DNA from: Octopus sinensis
Lineage: Eukaryota
Length of the DNA: 64,000 nt
Assembly (NCBI RefSeq): GCF_006345805.1
Contig: NC_043003.1
Coordinates: 92,566,001-92,630,000 of the forward strand
Reading direction: 5' to 3'
Positions 52,152 through 64,000 of this stretch are shown piece by piece. How positions within the stretch are numbered: position 1 is the first letter of the stretch; each line of letters opens with the position of its first letter. Below the pieces are notes generated by a model. That model was not told where the DNA came from and searched no databases. It was given only the letters and a program-made list of their open reading frames with translations. The position numbers and the translations under genes are program-made.

Positions 52152-52319
52152 GATTTCGGATAGAATTGATACGTTGCCTAGGGTTAAGTTAACTCGCCTT
52201 GTCAGTTTATAGAAAATATCATAAGAATCAGTGCCTGAGTCCATAAAATGGTAAACTGCAAATCATAAATTATCAATGTGGCTAGTCGTAATTTAATACT
52301 AAAAGATAGTGTTTACGTC

Positions 52320-54944
<2,625 letters not shown>

Positions 54945-55059
54945 CCTTTACATATATAAATAACGTGAATACACGAAGGGATGAACATAAGAGACAGACG
55001 GGTCATTCAAAGCCTCGTTCTTCAGTCAGAAACCGATTCCTCATCGCAGATTTCGGCTG

Positions 55060-55156
<97 letters not shown>

Positions 55157-55318
55157 TGTGTGTGTGTGTGTGTGTGTAGAAATTAAATATAATTATAAAT
55201 TACAAAGTGGGACAAGACGCAAAAACACACAAAGAGACGATACAAGAAAACAGACGGACACTCGAAACCTCTAATCTTCAGACGGGAACCGGATCATCTA
55301 GCATTTCGGCTGTTTAAT

Positions 55319-55416
<98 letters not shown>

Positions 55417-55739
55417 ACCGGTCAAACGGGACGCCGCTTCCTGCACTCTCGCCTCCCCCACACCCTACACCACCACACCACACATCACTACACCACACAC
55501 CACCATACCACAGTACACATTACACCACCCCGCACAAACTAGCATTGACCACCTACCAGTACCCACACCAGCGCACACACTAGCAATGACCACTTCCCAG
55601 CACCTACACCATCATCCATACTCATACACATGCACACACGCACACGTCAATATAACCAGCCCGCTTCCACACGCAAATTATACGCTCTCACATACACACG
55701 TTCGCTCACCTTCGTTTTGGGATCAGCACTACTTTATTA

Positions 55740-56230
55740 TCTCCCCTTCTTCCTAGCTCTCGTGTGTGACCCCTCCGTCCGGCATTCGCCATGATAGATC
55801 ACTTGCCACTAAACCTTTTTCTATTTACTCTCCCTGTTTATTTCTGCGTTCCTTTCTGTCGAAGAGCGTAGGCTTGAAACGTAAAAGACTTTCTCATTTC
55901 CCGAGCGTTAAACTAATACATATCTGTTTGTTGTTTACACACACGTCTTAGTCTTTTGTATTTTTGTAAATTCTCACTATATATATATATATATATCCCA
56001 TGGCCGTCGGAAAAAATGCTAGTTTTTCCGATGACCGGATAACTGAAGAGATGGTGGCGTGGATTTCCACCTCGGCATCCGAAACTCGGAGTTTTATCAA
56101 GGCTGCCCGAATAATTGTCACGTATTACATTTACAGATAAATTCCTCTATTTACATAATATCGAGCTCTGTTTTCATTCTTTTGTTGTCTTACCATTTTC
56201 ATCAATATCTGTTTGTATATTTTTCCCTCA
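55740..56230 (+). mobile_element. Two Penelope-like terminal remnants separated by (TA)n
   Basis: 55740-55978 is similar to 5493-5700, and 56030-56200 is similar to 7110-7255. Both contain hammerhead-like motifs. Confidence 0.6.
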
Positions 56231-56302
56231 CGGGCTATTCTTTACTGGAAAGCAATACTCTAGTATTGCATTACTAATTTATATATTATATATATATATA
56301 TA

Positions 56303-56338
<36 letters not shown>

Positions 56339-56689
56339 GGTCCCGGTTGATTCGGGGTTAACCACAGTAAATAAGGTACTCAATACATAGCAGAGTGAAA
56401 TTAATTTATTATATAGAAGAAGCTTCTACAGGACTAGAACTGTTTCATTCAAGAGAAACATCAGGAAGCTAGTTACACAAGAATTGTTTGGCATTTATAC
56501 ATTTAGGCAGTTTAAAGGGGTGGTGGTGGGGGACTTTTTGGGGGTAGGCATAGCGCAAAAATATCATACTTAGGGGAGTGGTCAAGGAGTCAGTGGTAAA
56601 TTAGATAAAAGAATAAATAAAAGAATAAAAAAAAAATAAATAAATAGAAGAATAAAGTTTTAGGTAAATAAGGAGATTTTCACTTATAC

Positions 56690-56740
56690 ATATACACATA
56701 TGTATATATATATATCACACACATATACATACACACATAT

Positions 56741-56804
<64 letters not shown>

Positions 56805-57510
56805 ATATACCCACATGCCACACATACATATACACACAAATATATACATACACACACATACACATACACACATACACACACATATATATACATACACACA
56901 TGCACACACATGTCCATATATACACACATATATATATATACATATGTGTACCTATACATACCTACACATACACACATATACATACACATACAAACCCATT
57001 CCCTTATTTTAATTTTATTATTATTTTCATTTATTACTTTTGTTATCTTTGACCGCGGTCACAAGCATCTTGGCTATCGTCCCCCTGGGGACGACAGCAA
57101 GTCCATTTATCTTTCTACTCGAACACAAGCACTCACTCACGCACGCACACTCATTCGCACGCACACACACTCATTCGTACACTCATACACATACACGCAC
57201 GCACGCGTTATATTCATACATACATACATCTACATACATTCACATATATACACATACGTACGCGTACCTACAGATTCATGTCTACACGCTTACATACATA
57301 CCTGAATACAACCCACAGAAGACTAGTCCATACATATACACCAATAAATATATATACACATATACATATACACCTACATACACATACACATATATATATA
57401 TACGTCTATATACATACATATACATACACCTATACATACATACATATATACACATACACACACACCCACATATCATATACATATATATATACACACATAC
57501 ATACACATAC

Positions 57511-57558
<48 letters not shown>

Positions 57559-58041
57559 TATATATACATATACACACATACATATATATATATATTACAT
57601 ACATGCACACACATACACATATACCTGCGTACACATACACACACACACACACGCGCGCATCCATATATACACATAAGTACACACATGCGTAAAAGTGTAC
57701 ATATATCTATACATATGCTTACACATACACACACACACACGCGCCTCCTTATGTTCATATACTTACATGCATACTCAAAAAATAAATAATAAAATATATA
57801 TACGTGCAGTTATTCATATACATACATGCATATTCAAAAAATAAATAATAAATATTAAGTATATATACGTGCAGTTACCTATTATACAGACGGATACATA
57901 CATATAAACTTACACATATATACCTATTTACACATATGTATATATACATACATACATACATACATATACATAAACACACGAGCGTACACGTATATGTACA
58001 TATACACATACACATACACATACATATACATATATATACAT

Positions 58042-58090
<49 letters not shown>

Positions 58091-58319
58091 CACACACATA
58101 CACATACACACATATATACATACATACATATACACACATCATACACACACATATATATATACATACACACACATACATATACATATACATATATACATAT
58201 TATATACATATACACATGTGTGTATACATACCTACATACTCATACACACACACACTTACAATGCATATATACACACACTTACATACATATATATATATAT
58301 GTACATATACACACACATT

Positions 58320-58374
<55 letters not shown>

Positions 58375-58472
58375 CATACACATACACACATACAATATAT
58401 ATATACATACATATACACACATAACACACACACATATATATACATATACATACATATCCATATATATATACA

Positions 58473-58508
<36 letters not shown>

Positions 58509-58510
58509 CG
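56690..58510. repeat. 1.8-kb compound (TA)/(CA)/(TACA) microsatellite field
   Basis: Alternating purine-pyrimidine low-complexity sequence; it is the source of many spurious Y/I/H/T ORFs. Confidence 0.95.
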
Positions 58511-58652
58511 CAAAAAAAACCGAGTTTCTTTTTTTTTTTAGGGAAAATCGTGCGGGTGAAAGAATAAAATAATACCACGCTGAAGTACTTGAGCACTCGT
58601 TTACAGACTTCTCAAGCCCATCACTGTTTTTACCGGGTCCCGAAGGGCAAAG

Positions 58653-59619
58653 TTTTTTCCCACGAGAGTTCCGGACCCCAGTAATGAACTCATTTGCATC
58701 CAGCCACTCAGAGCAGACACACTTTTATCTTTTCTTCCTTTCTAGTCAGCACTGTGCATTCCTTACTCTTACCCTCTCTACTGGCAGATAACAACTTTTT
58801 TGTCACAATCGAAAAAAAAAAAATTGCTACCATTACAAGTACTACTGTCTCTAACTACCTGTCGGGCAAACGAATAAATATATGTAAATAATATTTCTTC
58901 CTTCTTGGTGTGGATCCTTTGATGTTCACTGATTACTTCGACGTTGGCACAATAATACACTTGCCCAAACTGGATTGGTGGAGTTATATCATTTTTTTCC
59001 AGAAAAATGATTTTAAAAAGTTATAGTTTTAAAGTTTGATCATTTTCACCCAACCTGGAAACAGGATTTGAAAGATGTCATTTTGTGCATGACGAAATAA
59101 CACATGTCAATATTTGTAAACAACACGTGTTATGTCTGCGATAATTTTCTTTCATGTAAATAAATATTTTTTAGCTGTTATTTTTAGCACGAAAGTTCTC
59201 CGGCAATTTTCTTTCATGTAAATAAATGTTTATGGTAATTAAAAGAGAAAAACATGAATGTGTCTGTGGCTTACGATTGACTAAAATTATCAAAATTTTC
59301 AAACTTTAATTACTAATAACACTTTATTTATTAATTTATTTACATGAACATCGAAGGATCAACACCAAGAAGGAAGAAATATTATCTAAATATATTTATT
59401 CGTTTGTCCGACAGGTAGTTAGAGACAGTAGTACTTGTAGTGATAGCGAAAATTTTTTCGATTGTGACAAAAAGGTTGCTGTCTGCCAGTAGAGAGGGAA
59501 AGAGTAAGGAATGCACGGTGCTGACTAGTAAGTAAGAAAGGGTAAAGGTGGCTCTGCTCTGACTGGCTGTGTGCAAATGAGTTCATTACTGGGGTCTGGA
59601 GCCCTCGAGGGAAAAAAAA
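58653..59619. mobile_element. Foldback/MITE-like element with ~280-bp inverted arms
   Basis: 58653-58930 is the diverged reverse complement of 59345-59619, e.g. CCCCAGTAATGAACTCATTTGCA / TGCAAATGAGTTCATTACTGGGG. Confidence 0.85.
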
Positions 59620-60194
59620 TTCGCGGTCCGAGGATGGGGATCCAGTAACAGAGAGTGTTATTTGAATTCAAAACGCGCAGAATCATCTCGTTTGACACGC
59701 TAACACTTCGCAAATATTCCAGCCTCGGTACTCTATTTAACCGCCTCGAAAGAACGAAAAGCAAAGTAGACCTAGGCATGATTTGGATCTCGGAATGCAG
59801 AGACTCTTAAATAATACCGTCAGACAATTCTCTCCGCCAAACTAACTAACGTACTGCCATTTCGATGCCCAAAATGACAGCAAAATGTTCATACGGACAC
59901 GACAGATGATGAAATCGTGCTTTGATGCCACCTAAGATTACAGTAATACTACAACGCACAAAGAAATATGGTGGTGTATGAACTCAAACTGTAAAGAGAC
60001 AACTAAACAAACGGCAAGACACGTTGTCACCTTGTCAAACAATGTACAGACCACACTTTTCACCGACCTACCCTCTTTTATATTATAATTAGTTTACAAG
60101 CATTTTTATCTTGTTGAAAATGCTCGAGATCATACGAGGAAAAGCGTGCCACAATCGTGCCATAACCAGCAACAATCATGGATTGTTATCATCA

Positions 60195-60314
<120 letters not shown>

Positions 60315-60756
60315 CTCAAACCACTCTCAGACAGTAATAAGAGTCATTGAAATAACACTCTGAAGCAATGAAGATCTATATCACGTGCACGAATCATGAA
60401 TGTCTGGCTCAGATAACAAGCTTCCTATATACTATCAAGAGTTTGAAGTCCATAGTAAATTTATGTATAATGAGTCTCTTTATGAATGAAAAGAAGCAGA
60501 GCAAAAGAGGAGGAAGAAGAGGAGGGTTGCTGAAAAAACGTGAATGAAGGTCATTGATTGGTGTATGTATGTATGTATGTAAGTATGTATGTATGTATGT
60601 ATGTATGTATGTATGTATGTATGTATGTATGTATGTATGTATGTATGTATGCATGCATGATTAATGTTGCTTATTCGCTGGTCAATCTTGGTGTGTTAGG
60701 TTTTGATGAAAAACATTCCAGCAGTGATCGTCTTGCCTTACGCTTTTTAAAGATGT

Positions 60757-61140
60757 GGAAGCACTCCGTCGGTTACGACGACGAGGGTTCCGGTTGATCC
60801 GAATCAACGGAACAGCCTGCTCGTGAAATTAACGTGTAAGTGGCTGAGCACTCCACAGACACGTGTACCCTTAACGTAGTTCTCGGGGATATTCAGCGTG
60901 ACACAGAGAGTGACAAGGCCGGCCCTTTGAAATACAGGTACAACAGAAACAGGATGTAAGAGTGAGAGAAAGTTGTGGTGAAAGAGTACAGCAGGGATCA
61001 CCACCATCCCCTGCCGGAGCGTCGTGGAGCTTTAGGTATTTTCGCTCAATAAACACTCACAATGCCTGGTCTGGGAATCGAAACCGTGATCCTATGACCG
61101 CGAGTCCGCTGCCCTAACCACTGGGCCATTGCGCCTCCAC
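60757..61140 (-). mobile_element. tRNA-derived SINE family C, full length with a 12-bp TSD
   Basis: Head GTGGAGGCGCAATGGCCCAGTGGTTAGGG...GGTTTCGATTCCC. TSD TTTTAAAGATGT at 60745-60756 and 61141-61152. Confidence 0.88.
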
Positions 61141-62174
61141 TTTTAAAGATGTAGTGCATGTAGAACTACAGCCACAGGTCAGCTTTGGTCAAGCATGCCT
61201 ATGATTGAAAGCGTTCCAACCGCGATCATGCCTTTCTTTTAAAAAACATATTGTATCTGGGTATGACTTTAAACTGCATCCGGGAACTGGGCTCTAGTTC
61301 TAGAGTTCCAGAGTTTTGAGCCACAATTGTTCCCAGGTTTACTCTGACCCGGAATAGTAGCATCTCTTAAGGTCCCATTTATGGGTTAATTAGCATATCT
61401 GGGAACTGCTTGGTGGATGAGGCCCTTCAGTTATTTTGCTGCTCGTACGAGAGAATATGACAAAAACACTACGCTCAATAATATAGTAAATCCTTACTGC
61501 CTTGTGGAGTAATTTATTCAACAGTTAAAAAAAGGCTAAGGGAGCAAAATCCTATTAAACATCCGGAGGGAGGGATCTTCAAGCAGTTATATTCGGTTAT
61601 GCTTAACCAATATCTGATATCCCCTGCAGATCCATGGATGGTGCAAGTATGTTGATTTGTTTTCCCTTTGTGGTGTATCTATGAGTGGAGATTTGGTAAG
61701 TGTATTTGGAGTTAGGCACTTGGTTCTGGAAGTAGCCCGGACACAGCAGAGCTAAAGTTATGATCTCTGCTATACAACCAACAACAAAAAGGTCAACCAT
61801 CTAGAATTACATTATCTAATGTCTTTCTTTTTTTTTAAGGGGGTGGATTTGAAAGCGATTTGGCTTGTATATTTAATAGGTTCAACGACCACGTCGAAAC
61901 TTTCTCGATGGCTCGATGTAGACATAGCATTCTGGTGTTAGTGAAGTCATTTGTAATCTAGCGATATACCAGCCAAGCCGTGAGTACCAGTCTGCGATGA
62001 ATTTAATGAACTATGTACAGATGGACGTATAGATGAATATATATGTCTCATTCTCAGGTATAGATCGTTGACACAACCACAATCCAGAGTTAGTCCCTAG
62101 TAAGGTAAGTTGAGGCAGTAAGAAGATTCTGAAACACACTGACATGCATTCTCATTTCTTTCCTCAGGTCGTTT

Positions 62175-62560
62175 GAAGCCTCTGTCTATCATCAATGACG
62201 ATGGATGAAAATCCTAGTTGTCTACTGTACTGGAACTGCGCTATCTGTGGCTGAACAGTCCGAGGCACGAATAACAGTCTCTGCCACAAAAGCCAAATTT
62301 GTAGGCTGTTCCGGTGCTCTTTCATGACTTATAACCTGAAAGTGTTACTCTCCGTATTGTGTTACCGTAAGCGAAGCTGAAGTGCCCTTTCTAGTGAGCT
62401 ATCCGGTGCTAACTCTACAGTATAAGGTGTTCGATAGGATCCACGCTTGGACAGTATGGTATGGAGGTTGTTGCTCATGCAGCGTGTCCTCCACTCTCCA
62501 TGTCACTGATAAAACCAAAGAAACAGCATGGCCATTATATTTTGGTATGTGTTGTTGCAG
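62175..62560 (-). mobile_element. Short 3' fragment of an RTE LINE
   Basis: The minus frame gives FCGRDCYSCLGLFSH, equivalent to the C-terminal CGTCQRECLSRIGLHSH of the RTE near 5000. Confidence 0.6.
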
Positions 62561-62572
62561 GAGTTACCAGAA

Positions 62573-62650
62573 CACAACGTTGGACTGCCTCAGGGGCTCA
62601 CAACGTTGAACTGCCTCGGCGGTTCACAACATTGAACGGCCTCAGGGGCT
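62573..62650 (+). repeat. 26-bp tandem repeat, three copies
   Basis: CACAACGTTG(G/A)ACTGCCTCAGGGGCT variants at 62573, 62599 and 62625. Confidence 0.9.
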
Positions 62651-63583
62651 CGAACTCCCGTTTCTAACCTCAGGGTTTACTCCTAAAGTTTTTCCCTCCA
62701 GGCCCATAGGATACGTTGAATTCGGCAATGCAACCAAACGAAAATTTTTCCAACTGTAAACTGATGATTATTTGCAGTTATACTTATCGATCTGTAAACA
62801 GAAATAACAACTTGATATTATTTTTTTTTGCCATCTATATATAATATACATTTGTAAATGATATACATTTATTAACCTCATTCGTGTGTTTACTACAGAG
62901 GCTCTTTCTCCACGCTCCCGTAATTGTAAATATATAATTTTATTGTGCTATTCTTTAGACAGGATTCATACAGGATCAGAATGGAAACTGCACCTGAAGA
63001 AGTTTGCCGTATTGCTCTATTTTGAACCCACACGGAAATTAAAACCTGAACTGGTCTTCTTTTGTATACTCAGGTCTATAAAGCTGCTCAAAAACTTAAA
63101 AGACAGCTGAGAACAATATCATTTACCCGCCTGTGTACTCTAAACCCAACTGACAACGATATCATTTATATGCTCACATATCCGTAACACTGTACAAGCG
63201 TTTCTCAACCATTTTTCTCCCACATTCCATTTCAATCTTTTTAAAAAAGAAACCGACTTGACCTCGACTATGCGATGATGATAGTAGTAGCTGTTACGAC
63301 TGTGTTGGGGAATAAATACCGTTTTTAGAATCCAAGAGAGGAGTAATGTTACAACGTTAGCCAGTTACTGGAAGAACGTTATGTATATATATTCAAAAAT
63401 TAGGGAATAGAATAGATAAAATCGCGTCTACATATGTTTCATAGCTAGCGGAACTTCAAGGATAGCAAATTATCCAAACGAGAGGTAGACTGCAAGCTAC
63501 TCTTCAGGTCAAAGATACCTTGATTGTATGAAGTTTACATTGTCGTCAGAAGATCCCGTGTTAACCCGCTGGGGATTCGGTAG

Positions 63584-63637
<54 letters not shown>

Positions 63638-63661
63638 ATGTTGTCTGTCTGTCTGTTTGTG

Positions 63662-63696
<35 letters not shown>

Positions 63697-64000
63697 GTGT
63701 ATGTGTGTGTATGCGCGCGTGTAAAGGTAAGCTCCAAGGATCAAAGAGTAGGAAGTTAGAGAGCTTCAAGCAGTTCATAGAAGATATAAAAGTCAACTTT
63801 CAGGAAGAGTAGTGGTGTGTTGGCGCAGAGGGTTGTGGATTTTTCCCGTATCGAAGTACGATAAGCTAAAAAAGTTTATTTTATAGTCCACGGTTGGCAA
63901 CTAGGATAGTTGTATATGGGAATAAACATCCCAAAATTAGGGAATTGAGTAAAAAAAAATGTTTCATAGCTGGCGGAACCTCGGAAGTAGTAATTATCCA

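Noticed and set aside
56680-58596. Many 65-200 aa ORFs rich in Y/I/H/T/C/V (also at 2525-2846, 28267-28784, 39171-39443, 52625-55498 and 60111-60797)
   Set aside because: They are translations of dinucleotide and trinucleotide microsatellites.
60757-61140. tRNA gene (also the heads at 7290, 37645 and 51921)
   Set aside because: The A/B boxes continue into SINE bodies, with TSDs on two of them (51918 and 60757 copies), and no complete cloverleaf with an acceptor stem is present.

Overview
This is eukaryotic, AT-rich, repeat-dense genomic DNA; its SINE families and microsatellite style best fit an octopus (coleoid cephalopod), which is an inference. One host gene is well supported: a complete 5-coding-exon inositol-3-phosphate synthase (ISYNA1/INO1/MIPS) on the minus strand. 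Its coding exons are 39506-39631, 38665-38950, 17025-17428, 13954-14196 and 12609-13154 (1605 nt, 534 aa), all with GT-AG junctions in consistent phase, and intron 2 is 21.2 kb. The rest is mostly transposon debris: Tx1/L1, RTE and CR1-type LINE fragments, a dead mariner, tRNA-derived SINEs, non-autonomous Helitron-like elements, MITE/foldback elements, Penelope-like tails and a probable solo LTR. The most striking unexplained structure is a ~5.6 kb degenerate tandem array in ISYNA1 intron 2 (~31.7-37.4 kb). It carries roughly 55 same-orientation copies of a TGGAAAATTCCAG-like core that matches the NFAT5/TonEBP osmotic-response consensus TGGAAANNYNY, so it is a candidate repeat-built tonicity enhancer in an osmolyte-synthesis gene. 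The window also contains several minimal hammerhead-ribozyme-like motifs with covarying stems in Penelope-like tails, and long near-perfect hairpins inside the ISYNA1 pre-mRNA.
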